54,910 bases of DNA from Promethearchaeati archaeon (GTDB lineage: Archaea; Asgardarchaeota; Heimdallarchaeia; JABLTI01). The stretch covers positions 1 to 54,910 of the forward strand of contig JABLTI010000007.1 of assembly GCA_013166835.1 (NCBI GenBank). The letters are read 5' to 3'. Positions within the stretch are counted from its first letter, which is position 1; the number at the start of each line of letters is the position of its first letter. A model generated the notes under the pieces. That model had not been told where the DNA came from. It ran no database searches and saw only the letters and a list, made by a program, of their open reading frames with translations. Position numbers and translations under genes: made by a program. This document shows, piece after piece, positions 30,283 to 40,466 of this stretch.

Positions 30283-31830
30283 TTATAATATTCTTGACAA
30301 TTTATCATAGAGATTTTGACTCTTGATTGTGGGATACAATTTATTATAGATTTCGTAGAATTTGCTGTACAATTTTACATTTTCAGTATTCGGTGTTTTC
30401 TTTTCATCGATTTTAACCATTTCTTCAGCTGCACTATCAATGTTCTTGTAAATGCCAGCTCCTACTCCCGCAAGGATAGCAGCACCTAAAGCAGTAGCTT
30501 CTTCAACTCGACCTTTAATAACAGGTAAGCCACAGATATCAGCTTCTATTTGATTCCAAGTAGAGTTTCTTGATGCTCCTCCTGTTATCCTCAGCTCTTC
30601 GAGATTTACATCTAATTCCTTAAAAACATTAAGATTCGTTCTTATCTCATAGCAAGTAGCTTCCATAATGGCTCTTATGAGATGCTTACGAGTATGACCA
30701 AGACCTAATCCAAAAATTAATCCTCTTGCATTTGGATCCCAATGTGGAGCTCCTGCACCCACGAAGTGGGGCAATATCATTAAACCTTCTGAACCAGGTT
30801 TAACAGATTTCGCTTGCATTCCTAATAATTCATAAGAATCAAGATTTAAGCTTGGAGCGAGACTTTTTTCTGCTGAGGAGAAATTATCCCTAAACCAACG
30901 AAGAATAGAACCAGTTGTGAAAATACTTGCTTCATAAACATATTTTCCAGGCATAGCATGACAACTGCAAAGAACTCTTCTTTTCTTATCTCTCTGACTT
31001 TTATCTAAATATGCTAAAAGAAAAGTTCCAGTTCCTGTTGTTGCTTTTATTCTACCTTTTCTTGTAACTCCAACTCCAATCGCTGCGCATTGTTGATCCC
31101 CTCCACCTGCAATTACTGGTAATCCTTCTGGCAATCCAGTTTCTTTTGCAGCTTTCTTCGATAATCCATCTACTCTCTTACCCGAAGGAAGTGGTTTAGG
31201 GAGTTTTTCCTTAGGCAAATTCAAGGCATTGAGAATCTTATCTGACCATGTCAAGGAGTTTATATCAAATAACATAGTTCTCGAAGCATTACTGTAATCT
31301 GTTATGAATTCCTCAGTAAGCTTCATTTGTATAAAATCATGAACTAACAAAAATTTATGAGCATCACTAAATGCTTTAGACCGATTCTTTTTCATCCATA
31401 AAATTTTAGGACTGGAAAAGTAAGGATCTACAGTTAGGCCTGTAAGATCATATATCTTATCGCTTCCTACAGATTCCTTGATTTCTTCACACTCTTTTAT
31501 TGTTCTTCTATCTTGCCAAACAATTGCTCGAGAGAGGGGAACGCCCGTCTCATTAACTGGAACGATCGTTTCACGTTGATTTGTTACACTTGTGCTAACT
31601 ATTTTCGATGGATTAATTTTTGATTTCTTTAAAACTTCTTTAATCGTGTTTACTGTAACAATCCACCAATCATTCGCATCTTGTTCAACATCTGTTGGTG
31701 TTGGAAAAAAGCTTTCATATTCTTGATATGCAGATTCAATTATTTCACCTTTCAAACTGAAAATAATTGTTCTTCCACCGGTTGTCCCAACATCAATGCT
31801 TAGAATGTATTGCTCGTTTTTTGTTGCCAA
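30283..31830 (-). CDS. FGGY carbohydrate kinase (xylulokinase/glycerol kinase-like)
   Basis: DVGTTG, TNQRET, WQDRR, GGDQQ, TGTG, GAPHW, ATALGAA. Confidence 0.92.
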   Translation of the reverse strand: MATKNEQYILSIDVGTTGGRTIIFSLKGEIIESAYQEYESFFPTPTDVEQDANDWWIVTVNTIKEVLKKSKINPSKIVSTSVTNQRETIVPVNETGVPLSRAIVWQDRRTIKECEEIKESVGSDKIYDLTGLTVDPYFSSPKILWMKKNRSKAFSDAHKFLLVHDFIQMKLTEEFITDYSNASRTMLFDINSLTWSDKILNALNLPKEKLPKPLPSGKRVDGLSKKAAKETGLPEGLPVIAGGGDQQCAAIGVGVTRKGRIKATTGTGTFLLAYLDKSQRDKKRRVLCSCHAMPGKYVYEASIFTTGSILRWFRDNFSSAEKSLAPSLNLDSYELLGMQAKSVKPGSEGLMILPHFVGAGAPHWDPNARGLIFGLGLGHTRKHLIRAIMEATCYEIRTNLNVFKELDVNLEELRITGGASRNSTWNQIEADICGLPVIKGRVEEATALGAAILAGVGAGIYKNIDSAAEEMVKIDEKKTPNTENVKLYSKFYEIYNKLYPTIKSQNLYDKLSRIL

Positions 31831-31917
31831 TGTTAGTTCTCCTTCATTTCAGAAATCAAAAATCCTCGGAATTTATAGTAAACAATTACCAATCAAATTT
31901 AACATATTAAATATTTT

Positions 31918-32685
31918 TCACTTTTTTTCAGACACTATTAGCATTCTATGACTTGTGAGGTCAATATAACCTTCTTTTAGAATTTCTTCATGCATCTCCC
32001 ACAAATTATTTTCATATTTTTCAATGGAGAATTCCGGGATTTGCCAAGGTATTGCTTTAAGATAGTAGACAATTGCTCCAATGTCAAAGCATCTTGTAAT
32101 AGGAAATGCTTCTAATTTTGTTTTGATTGTAAAACCAACATCTTCAAGTTCTTGTGCAATTTTCTTTAGATTCCAATCAAGATATTCTAATTCCTCGATA
32201 GGATATCCTAATCTATTATTTAATTCTAAATTATCCTTCCAACCAACTTGTTGTGTGATAAACAAACCATTTTGTTTCAATATCCTTTGTATTTCTATTG
32301 GAGAGTAATATTCATGTCTATTGATTATTAATTCAAATTGTTCGTTTTCAAATGGTAAGGGGTCTTTTTCTTTTATTTGAACTACTTCAACACCAATAGG
32401 TTCTAAGGTTTGTTTAGCAATTGGAACATTTGGCTCATATGCTTCTGTAGCATACGTCTTCTTTGGCAATGGTTGTAGGGAAGATAGAAATTCTCCTCCA
32501 CCTGTTCCCATATCTAACATGGATTCAACAGTTCTTACGAAAGGTAGGATTTCACTGTGATAACTCCAAGTAAGTGGTTCCATAACAATTCGGCTTCTTA
32601 TATGAGAAAAATCCCAGCCAGAAAATGGGTGTAATGCATCCTTCAGTAATAAATTGAAAATTTCCTTAGAAGTTAATGTATTCAT
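31918..32685 (-). CDS. Class I SAM-dependent methyltransferase
   Basis: GWDFS, LDMGTGGGE, INRH, FITQQVG. Confidence 0.88.
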   Translation of the reverse strand: MNTLTSKEIFNLLLKDALHPFSGWDFSHIRSRIVMEPLTWSYHSEILPFVRTVESMLDMGTGGGEFLSSLQPLPKKTYATEAYEPNVPIAKQTLEPIGVEVVQIKEKDPLPFENEQFELIINRHEYYSPIEIQRILKQNGLFITQQVGWKDNLELNNRLGYPIEELEYLDWNLKKIAQELEDVGFTIKTKLEAFPITRCFDIGAIVYYLKAIPWQIPEFSIEKYENNLWEMHEEILKEGYIDLTSHRMLIVSEKK

Positions 32686-32889
32686 TTTTTTGGTGACCTC
32701 ATGTATTTATTCTTGTTATTAAATTTCAACAAAGTATATTTACTCTGTTATTAAATAGATTATAGGATTATAAGCTGACTGATTATATTTCAGAATTTTA
32801 AATGTGCTCTATCCGTAATGTTCAAAAAACGATTGACTTTAAGTTATTGAGAAGTACATATTATTAATTTAAACTGGTTGAGATAAAAG

Positions 32890-33885
32890 ATGAAGATATT
32901 TTTTGATGAAACCCAAAAAGAACGTGGCAAAATTAATACTAATTATTCCATTCTTCGTGATTCTTTAAGAAGCGAAGGTCTAGAGGTTGAGGTATATAAT
33001 GATTTTCCTATTTCAGAAAAATCATTAAAATGTGATGTTTTTGTTTTCGCTTGTCCTGATGGTTCCAAGCTAGGAAAGAATGAGATTGATGCTCTCTCTG
33101 ATTTTGTAGAAAAAGGTGGAGGGTTATTAATAATTGGAAACGCAGGTGGAGATAGAGGTTTACGTACTAATATGAATGAAATTTTAAATAAATTCGGTAT
33201 TGAGATGCTTTCTGATCAAGTAAAGGATGAAGCTAGTAATGAATTTAATATGCCCACTCATCCAGTGATTAATGATGTAAAGGATCATCCAATAGGCAAT
33301 GGTGTTGCTGAGATAGTAATAGTGGCAGGATGTTCTGTTAGAGGTTCTACTAATATGAAGGGTATTGCCTACACTTCACCATCTGCTGAACCTCCAAATG
33401 CCCCTGTTTTAGTAGCGGGAGATTTCAAACAAGGGAGAGTAGTAGCAATAGGATCATATCGTTTATTCTCTAATTATGGTGCCGGACTTTCTCTAAGAAA
33501 TAATCGCACATTTGCAATGAATATTTTCAGATGGCTTGGACGTCTTGATACAGGGAAAGCCCCTTCAGTTGCAGTTAAAAAGGAAGCCAAAATTGGTGCA
33601 ATAGTTCTTCCAAAGACAGAACCAGTTGCTACAGATATGAAACCATCATCAATTCCACCACCACCACCTCCAACAACAACAGCAGCTCCGAGTTCAACAA
33701 CACAAAGTCAGCCAATTGCCGCTGGTGATCAAAACGTTTTACAAGAGATTGAGCGTTTGCGATCTGAAATTTCTGAAATGAGAGAAATCATTGCACGTCT
33801 TTATTCCGATTCTTTAGGTTATTTACAAGAAATGAAAGAAGAAGTTCGTTCAATGCTTGATTATATTAGAACAAAAGAAGGATAA
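32890..33885 (+). CDS. GIFT-domain (GldG/IFT52-like) protein with polyproline linker and C-terminal coiled coil
   Basis: IFFD..QKE, EIDAL..FV..GG.LL..G..GG....TN.N..L..FGI; PPPPPP. Confidence 0.7.
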   Translation: MKIFFDETQKERGKINTNYSILRDSLRSEGLEVEVYNDFPISEKSLKCDVFVFACPDGSKLGKNEIDALSDFVEKGGGLLIIGNAGGDRGLRTNMNEILNKFGIEMLSDQVKDEASNEFNMPTHPVINDVKDHPIGNGVAEIVIVAGCSVRGSTNMKGIAYTSPSAEPPNAPVLVAGDFKQGRVVAIGSYRLFSNYGAGLSLRNNRTFAMNIFRWLGRLDTGKAPSVAVKKEAKIGAIVLPKTEPVATDMKPSSIPPPPPPTTTAAPSSTTQSQPIAAGDQNVLQEIERLRSEISEMREIIARLYSDSLGYLQEMKEEVRSMLDYIRTKEG

Positions 33886-34015
33886 TTTTTCCTTTCTTTT
33901 TCTTATTTTTCAATAACAATTTTTTATAACTTAATATAATAATTTAATGATACTAAGAATAGTTACCTTTAATTATTCAATAAATAATAGCTTTTTCAAA
34001 TGCTGAGGTTGAAAA

Positions 34016-35800
34016 ATGAAATTAACGACATTGACAGACTTTTACCAAAAATTGGATGCAACTACAAAAAGATTAGAAATGATTGATATTTTGATGGATC
34101 TTTTTGAAATCACTCCTCACAATGAAATGCTTGCAGTTGTTTATTTAACCTCAGGGAAAATATGTGCTGACTATGTTGGACTTGAACTTGGTTTTGCTGA
34201 TAAAATGGTGATAAAAGCCATAGCAAAATCAATAGGAAAAGCAGAGAATGAAGTAAATAATCTGTTCAAGAAAAAAGGGGATTTAGGTGAAGTAGCAGAA
34301 CAATTGATAGGCCAAACAGGACAACAACAATTGGAAGCTTTCTTTACACCTAGTGAGAAAAGTGAAGAGGGAGATCTAACAGTCGGGGATGTATGGGATA
34401 TCCTTAACAAAATTGCTCTCATTGAGGGGAAAGGAGCTAACCAAAAGAAAACTAAGCTGCTTCTGGGACTATATTCGAAAGCGACCCCAATAGAAGCGAA
34501 ATATATCACTCGTATTGTTTTATCTCAGCTACGGTTAGGAATCAAAGATTTAACGATTATTGAAGCATTATCTAGAAAATATGGAGACGGAGATGATTCC
34601 CGACAGATAATTGAGCATGCATATAATGTAACCAGTGATATTGGAGCAATTGGCAATGTGTTAGCAAAAGATGGAATGGATGCAATAAAGAAAATAAAAA
34701 TCAGTGTTGGAAGACCTATTAGAATGATGGCAGCACAAAGAATGCCAACTGCAGAAGAAATCTTAGAGAAGCTTGGTGGAACATGTGCTCTTGAATTCAA
34801 GTATGATGGGGAAAGGGTACAAGCACACATTGATGGAAACAATATCAAGCTTTACTCGAGAAATCTAAATGAAATCTCAAACATGTACCCGGATGTGACA
34901 GCTGCTCTGAAACGCAGTTTAAAATCCTCACAAGTTATTGTTGAAGGTGAGATAACAGCCTGGGATCCAGACAATGAACGTTTGAAATCATTCCAGATTT
35001 TAATGTCTAGAAAGAGGAAATACGGCATAGAAGATGCTATGGAAAAGATCCCTGTTAGGGTATTCCTTTTCGATATTCTCTTTAAAGATGGAGAAAGTTT
35101 CTTGAAAAAATCTTACCCTGAACGTCGTGCGGTTTTGGAGTCTTTAGTTAAAGAGGATCCGGTAATTGTACTTGCTTCTCGTGAGAATGTATCTACACCT
35201 GATGAATTTGTGGAGTATTTTGAAAAAGCCATAGAAAGTGGTTGTGAAGGGATAATGGCTAAGGATATTAGAAAAGAGACACAATATCGAGCAGGTAGTC
35301 GAGGTTTTCTTTGGATTAAACATAAATTTGATTATTCATCAGCTTTCAATGATAGTTACGATTTTGTTGTTGTTGGGGGATTTTATGGAAAAGGAAGAAG
35401 AAAAGGTACTCTTGGCACCTTATTGATGGCTGCATATAATTCAGAGGAAGAGAGATTTGAAACAGTATGCAAACTCGGTACTGGATTCTCTGATGAAGAT
35501 TTGATTAAAATAACCAATGATTTGATGAGTATTACTGTAGAGAAGAAACCAAAAGATGTTATCTCGAAACTTGAAGCTGATGTTTGGGTGTATCCAGAAA
35601 AGGTCTATGAAATTCAGGGTGCTGATTTATCTACTAGTCCCGTTCATACCTGTGCTTTGGATGAAATAAAAAAGGATACAGGGATAGCAATTCGATTTCC
35701 AAGATTTATTAGGTATAGAGATGATAAAAAACCCGAACTCGCTACTACTACAAGTGAAGTTATTGATGCTTACAAGAAACAAAGGTTGAAAAGCACTTAA
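34016..35800 (+). CDS. lig: ATP-dependent DNA ligase
   Basis: KYDGER, EGIMAK, WIK.K, RFPRF. Confidence 0.97.
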   Translation: MKLTTLTDFYQKLDATTKRLEMIDILMDLFEITPHNEMLAVVYLTSGKICADYVGLELGFADKMVIKAIAKSIGKAENEVNNLFKKKGDLGEVAEQLIGQTGQQQLEAFFTPSEKSEEGDLTVGDVWDILNKIALIEGKGANQKKTKLLLGLYSKATPIEAKYITRIVLSQLRLGIKDLTIIEALSRKYGDGDDSRQIIEHAYNVTSDIGAIGNVLAKDGMDAIKKIKISVGRPIRMMAAQRMPTAEEILEKLGGTCALEFKYDGERVQAHIDGNNIKLYSRNLNEISNMYPDVTAALKRSLKSSQVIVEGEITAWDPDNERLKSFQILMSRKRKYGIEDAMEKIPVRVFLFDILFKDGESFLKKSYPERRAVLESLVKEDPVIVLASRENVSTPDEFVEYFEKAIESGCEGIMAKDIRKETQYRAGSRGFLWIKHKFDYSSAFNDSYDFVVVGGFYGKGRRKGTLGTLLMAAYNSEEERFETVCKLGTGFSDEDLIKITNDLMSITVEKKPKDVISKLEADVWVYPEKVYEIQGADLSTSPVHTCALDEIKKDTGIAIRFPRFIRYRDDKKPELATTTSEVIDAYKKQRLKST

Positions 35801-35880
35801 TTATCCAAGAGCGAAAACAATAATAACAAGATTTGAGTAACTATAACAGTTAATTTCATTGTATTAACGGAGGATCATTA

Positions 35881-36495
35881 ATGGCAGAACTTAGGAATGA
35901 TGAATCGACTGAAGGAGAAGAACTAGAAGCTAGACCCAAACGAGTCGAAGTTGGTGGGAAAATAGAAACTATAGAAGAAATAAATCCCAAAAAAGCTTTG
36001 AAGTTACTCCGGGGTTTAATAAAAGACTATGAAGACTATCTCACTGTACCGAATAGACGAAAAGCTGATTTTCATTTCCGTGAGTATGTAAGAAATTACA
36101 TAAATCAAATCAATGATCAAATAAAAGAAATTCATGCCATGTTAATAGAAAAGCAACAAATGTCTACTTGGGCTGTTGCTGAACGCTTAATTAATGAAAT
36201 TGCTTCATTTTCTAAAGATGTGGAAAAAGCAGATTATGGTTTTACTACCTTCTTTGAGAATCCAAAATTATTAGAAATTGATATTTCTCAACTCTACTTA
36301 ATAGATAATGAATTTATTGTTGCATTAGTAAGAATGCGAGAAAGAACTGAAGCTTTCATGGATATGACTGAGAGAAATTATCTTGAAGATGTGGATTTGT
36401 GGTTTGAAACTCTTGATCGACTTATTGGTAGATTAATCAGATTAAACGATGATAGAGCCAAGTTGATAGGATCATACGAAAGAATATCTTACTAA
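35881..36495 (+). CDS. Hypothetical helical protein
   Basis: GGAGG SD, 204-aa ORF. Confidence 0.75.
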   Translation: MAELRNDESTEGEELEARPKRVEVGGKIETIEEINPKKALKLLRGLIKDYEDYLTVPNRRKADFHFREYVRNYINQINDQIKEIHAMLIEKQQMSTWAVAERLINEIASFSKDVEKADYGFTTFFENPKLLEIDISQLYLIDNEFIVALVRMRERTEAFMDMTERNYLEDVDLWFETLDRLIGRLIRLNDDRAKLIGSYERISY

Positions 36496-36509
36496 AATTC
36501 AAACAGAAT

Positions 36510-36821
36510 CTAATGTCTCTCAAATTCAAGGATTTTTCTTTCCACATTTTGTTTTGAATCATTTTTAACTATAATAGTTTTATCTCGAGAAGTTTGTCCT
36601 GCTATAATTGAAATATCAGAAGTAGTTTTTTCCAGGATTTTTGCCATGAATTTAAGAAGTTCTTTGTTAGCTTTTCCTCTGTCTGGTTGTGCTTTAACAA
36701 ATATAGTTATTTTTTTATCAAGCGAATCCACAACAATTTCTTGTTTTTTACTATTTGGCTTTACATGCAATTGTAAAACCACATTGTTTTCAGATTCGGA
36801 AATTGTATCCCTTGATACCAT
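36510..36821 (-). CDS. DUF167/YggU family protein
   Basis: VKPNS, P..GKANKEL, G.TSR.K. Confidence 0.9.
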   Translation of the reverse strand: MVSRDTISESENNVVLQLHVKPNSKKQEIVVDSLDKKITIFVKAQPDRGKANKELLKFMAKILEKTTSDISIIAGQTSRDKTIIVKNDSKQNVERKILEFERH

Positions 36822-36869
36822 CTAACATTATCTCCTGCAATGAACTAGAGATAATCGCTTAATAAATTA

Positions 36870-37898
36870 TTAAGCAAAATCTTTCATCATTTTATAAGCT
36901 CTTTTGAATATCTTTGTTGCTTCCTTAGGGGAGGTGTGATTTGGATTTTCAACCTTGGGGGATTTAGAGAGAACAAATAAATGAAGATCATCCTCTTCAA
37001 CTATATGTTGTATTTTTATTATCCTATCTGCATAAGCTATCTCTTTTTTTAGTGGTGACCAATCGCTTGGTTTCTTCAAACGAAGGAAACAAACAAATGC
37101 TGGAAATTTATTCCCCATACTTTCATTTATTAAAATTTGAATTGAAAATGATTCAAATGATTCTACTGGATCATCAAAATCAATCATAAATCTTACATTA
37201 ATTGGTAACATAATTTCTTCGTTGGAATCAAAATCTTCTATCTGTTGCAACTGTAATGCTGGTGTGGTTAAAAATTCCATGTCATCTAATTCTTCATGTT
37301 TTGTAAACTGATAATAGAAGAGTACCTTTCTCATAATTTCTGGTTCCCAGGGATCTATTCGAATTACAAACCACAACGGAATTAAGAGGGCATAAATGTC
37401 AAGTAAGAATATATATGTTGATGGAAAATCGCGATTTCCAAATACGAGAACTAAGACATAAATGATAGTTACTCCCAAGATGGTAGATATAAAAATCAAT
37501 TTTCCTTTTGCTTTTGTTAGATCAAAGAAAGCTGAATTTGATTTCACTTTCTTTTCTCGAGTGTTTATTAAATTGAAATAATCTGAAAGAAGCTTCATAT
37601 TGGAATCAACCCAAATTGCTTTTGATTCCACAAGTTTTGGTTCTTCAGAAATAACTAATCTTTCCGGGAAAAGAAGGATAATTGCAATCACTAAGAAAAC
37701 AAAACCCACTCCAAAAGCAAGATAAGAAACTTTTAGAGATTCGAAAGGAAAAATACCTTTTAGTGGTAAAACAATTTGAATCACTAAGCCACCCACAGCA
37801 AATAGAATTGCTATAATTATTCGTGGGACTACTGGAAATTTCTTAAATAATTTGAAGCTTTCATCTGAAATTTCTAGGTTAACCAAAACCATCACCAA
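36870..37898 (-). CDS. Membrane protein, hypothetical
   Basis: Four TM helices plus a soluble C-domain. Confidence 0.7.
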   Translation of the reverse strand: MVMVLVNLEISDESFKLFKKFPVVPRIIIAILFAVGGLVIQIVLPLKGIFPFESLKVSYLAFGVGFVFLVIAIILLFPERLVISEEPKLVESKAIWVDSNMKLLSDYFNLINTREKKVKSNSAFFDLTKAKGKLIFISTILGVTIIYVLVLVFGNRDFPSTYIFLLDIYALLIPLWFVIRIDPWEPEIMRKVLFYYQFTKHEELDDMEFLTTPALQLQQIEDFDSNEEIMLPINVRFMIDFDDPVESFESFSIQILINESMGNKFPAFVCFLRLKKPSDWSPLKKEIAYADRIIKIQHIVEEDDLHLFVLSKSPKVENPNHTSPKEATKIFKRAYKMMKDFA

Positions 37899-37959
37899 CT
37901 AATATCTAAAAGTTAGTATTGAATGTGTTTTAATATTTGTTCGGTTAGTTTCTATTAAT

Positions 37960-38361
37960 CTATGAAGTTTGATTTTCCTCTTGTAGTTTTTTTGATGGAA
38001 AAAGAAGAATTTTTGTTGTGAAACTTATCATCCAAAAGAGAATAGATAGACCAATAAGGATCGAGAGAAGCCATATTGAAATCCCTACAAAATAGTAGAT
38101 TACTCCAGCAACTACATTTCCTGAAATCATTGTTGTTATAATTTCCATAGCATTATTGCTTATAAGATAAGTCGAAAACCACCCGAAAATTAACCATAAT
38201 AATAAAATGCCAAACATGGCATAAACGTTTAACCTTAGAAGCGCATAACCAAGACCCGCTGTTATTCCACCTTCAATAATCCCAAGACCCAGGGATTTAG
38301 CAAATAGCTTGAGTTTGGCTTTTGCTTTTGAACTTTCTTCAGGAGTGTTTTCGACGGTCAT
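37960..38361 (-). CDS. Small membrane protein
   Basis: Four hydrophobic segments. Confidence 0.7.
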   Translation of the reverse strand: MTVENTPEESSKAKAKLKLFAKSLGLGIIEGGITAGLGYALLRLNVYAMFGILLLWLIFGWFSTYLISNNAMEIITTMISGNVVAGVIYYFVGISIWLLSILIGLSILFWMISFTTKILLFPSKKLQEENQTS

Positions 38362-38547
38362 TGAGGGATATAATTCTCTTAGCTATAAAAAAACGTTGGG
38401 GAGCTTTCATTTGAATGAAATTATCTGATTCGTAAATTATTAGAATTCTATTTAAAATAATCAGCAAAAAAACTAAAAGGAATATAATAAAAATTATAGA
38501 AGTGACATTAATACAATGTCCTTAAAACATAATTTAGCTTATATAAC

Positions 38548-40443
38548 ATGGTGGGGTTAATGCTACCTATTTTGAAACAACTAGAATTTTCTAAGATTCT
38601 TCCATTAAGCGAAAAATCTGTTGAAACAATAAGCTTTCGTGCGGGTATCAATAAATTCCTTGCAGAGAATGGAGCAGGGAAGACAACGTTAACAGATTTA
38701 ATTGAACATTCACTAGTAAGAGATGCTCATGCATTCGCTTGGAATGTCTTTTCGAAAAAGAGAGTAGATAGGACAGCTTATGTGAAAGCTGAATGGACGT
38801 TTGGTGAGGAAGGAAATTCCATTATTCACGAATTAACTGATTCGGGTGCCAGAACGAGAGTAACATCAGCAAAATTTTCAAACAAGGCTCATACTCGAGA
38901 TATGTATTCTGATTTCTTATATTCACGCACTAATTTAGCATTAGAACAAATACAAAAATTGTTTGAAGGTGTTTATTATAAAAGAGAAAATGATTTGAAT
39001 TTACTTGGTACTCCAGGTGAAGAATCTTTAATGGATTTCTTTGAGCTCTTGAACAAAGCTATTCGTATGGAGACTCCTACTACTATTAAACTTCGAAACC
39101 AAATTGGAGAAGTAAAAAGGCAAATTGAAATAAGAAAAAATAGTAAACGTAGATTTGAGACTCAACTTGAAAAAATGGAAATTATTTTCACTAGTGCAGA
39201 CACTTCTGCAGATGCTTTAGACACCATAGGCGCGAGAAAAGGAGAATTAGAAAGGAGTAACACAAAGCTACAAGATGACGTGGAAAAACAGAGAAAGGCT
39301 TTGCAAAAATTAGAAGATGATGATCAAAAGATCCTTGATGGGCTTGATAAAGATCAGGAAACACTTGTTGAGATTCGAATTAAACATGATGAATTGAAAG
39401 CAAAACGTTATTCTATGGAAAATCAACTTGACAAATTAAAAAGAGAGCTTGAAGGATTTAAGAAATTAGGAAAAGTGGATTATGGTAGCATTAAAGGAAA
39501 TTGGGAGAAAAAAGAAAATTGTGAATTATGTGGAAGCACTGTTTTTGATCATTGGGAAGAAAGAATTGTAGAAGGCTGCCCAGTTTGTGGTACCGGTTGG
39601 AAAAACATCCCTAAGAATGTTAAGGAAACTGTTACGAAAGACCAATCTAAAGTTGAGAATAATACTCGTGATATACAAAAAGAAATTGATACTTTTACAC
39701 ACGAATTACGAGTTATTGAAGAAGACATTAACAAGTATGCAAAACAAGAAGGTAAAATAACTTCAGCTTTGAAAACTCTTAGAGAAAAACTGGCAAGTAA
39801 TAATACACGAAGAAGAGAGATTCAGAAGAAAAATGAAGACATAAATCAGCAAATTCAACGGATTGGTGTTGAATTAGGTGGTTTATCAGCACAAGAGAAA
39901 ATGGTAAATCAAGATGAAAGTATTGGCTTGATTAAAGTTAATCTGGAAAAAATAAATTCTGAGTTAGAAAATTACTCGGGGCAATTAGAAAGATTGGAAA
40001 GAGATTTACCTGAACAAAAAGAATTACAGAAGATCCTAAATAATTTCACTCGTTCCACAAAGGATATCTTTGGTTACAGTATGTTGGCGGATACTGATAC
40101 TCGTGTAATAACTATCACTAAAGATGATTCTGATAGAGATTTCGCTGCTATGTCATGGTCAGAAAGGTATTTCATTGATGTGGTTTTCAGAATTGCTATT
40201 TTCCATTTCCTAATTGAAAATGGAATTATGAAAAAGGGATTATTAATACTGGATTCACCGGAAGCTGCTTTAGATCCTTTCAGACTTGAGTTACTTGCTA
40301 ATATGATTAATAAACAGAAGAATAAAATAAATTTCATAATAGCAACTCGAGTAAAACAATTCTATGATTTACTTGATGGTAATCCTTTAGATATAAAGAA
40401 ACAAACACAAACAAGTTTATTCGACTTTATTGATTCAAGCTAA
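38548..40443 (+). CDS. SMC/Rad50-like coiled-coil ATPase
   Basis: Walker A ENGAGKTT, long coils, central CELC...CPVC, Walker B LLILDSP. Confidence 0.8.
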   Translation: MVGLMLPILKQLEFSKILPLSEKSVETISFRAGINKFLAENGAGKTTLTDLIEHSLVRDAHAFAWNVFSKKRVDRTAYVKAEWTFGEEGNSIIHELTDSGARTRVTSAKFSNKAHTRDMYSDFLYSRTNLALEQIQKLFEGVYYKRENDLNLLGTPGEESLMDFFELLNKAIRMETPTTIKLRNQIGEVKRQIEIRKNSKRRFETQLEKMEIIFTSADTSADALDTIGARKGELERSNTKLQDDVEKQRKALQKLEDDDQKILDGLDKDQETLVEIRIKHDELKAKRYSMENQLDKLKRELEGFKKLGKVDYGSIKGNWEKKENCELCGSTVFDHWEERIVEGCPVCGTGWKNIPKNVKETVTKDQSKVENNTRDIQKEIDTFTHELRVIEEDINKYAKQEGKITSALKTLREKLASNNTRRREIQKKNEDINQQIQRIGVELGGLSAQEKMVNQDESIGLIKVNLEKINSELENYSGQLERLERDLPEQKELQKILNNFTRSTKDIFGYSMLADTDTRVITITKDDSDRDFAAMSWSERYFIDVVFRIAIFHFLIENGIMKKGLLILDSPEAALDPFRLELLANMINKQKNKINFIIATRVKQFYDLLDGNPLDIKKQTQTSLFDFIDSS

Positions 40444-40466
40444 TAATTCTTGTAAAGTGTAAATTA

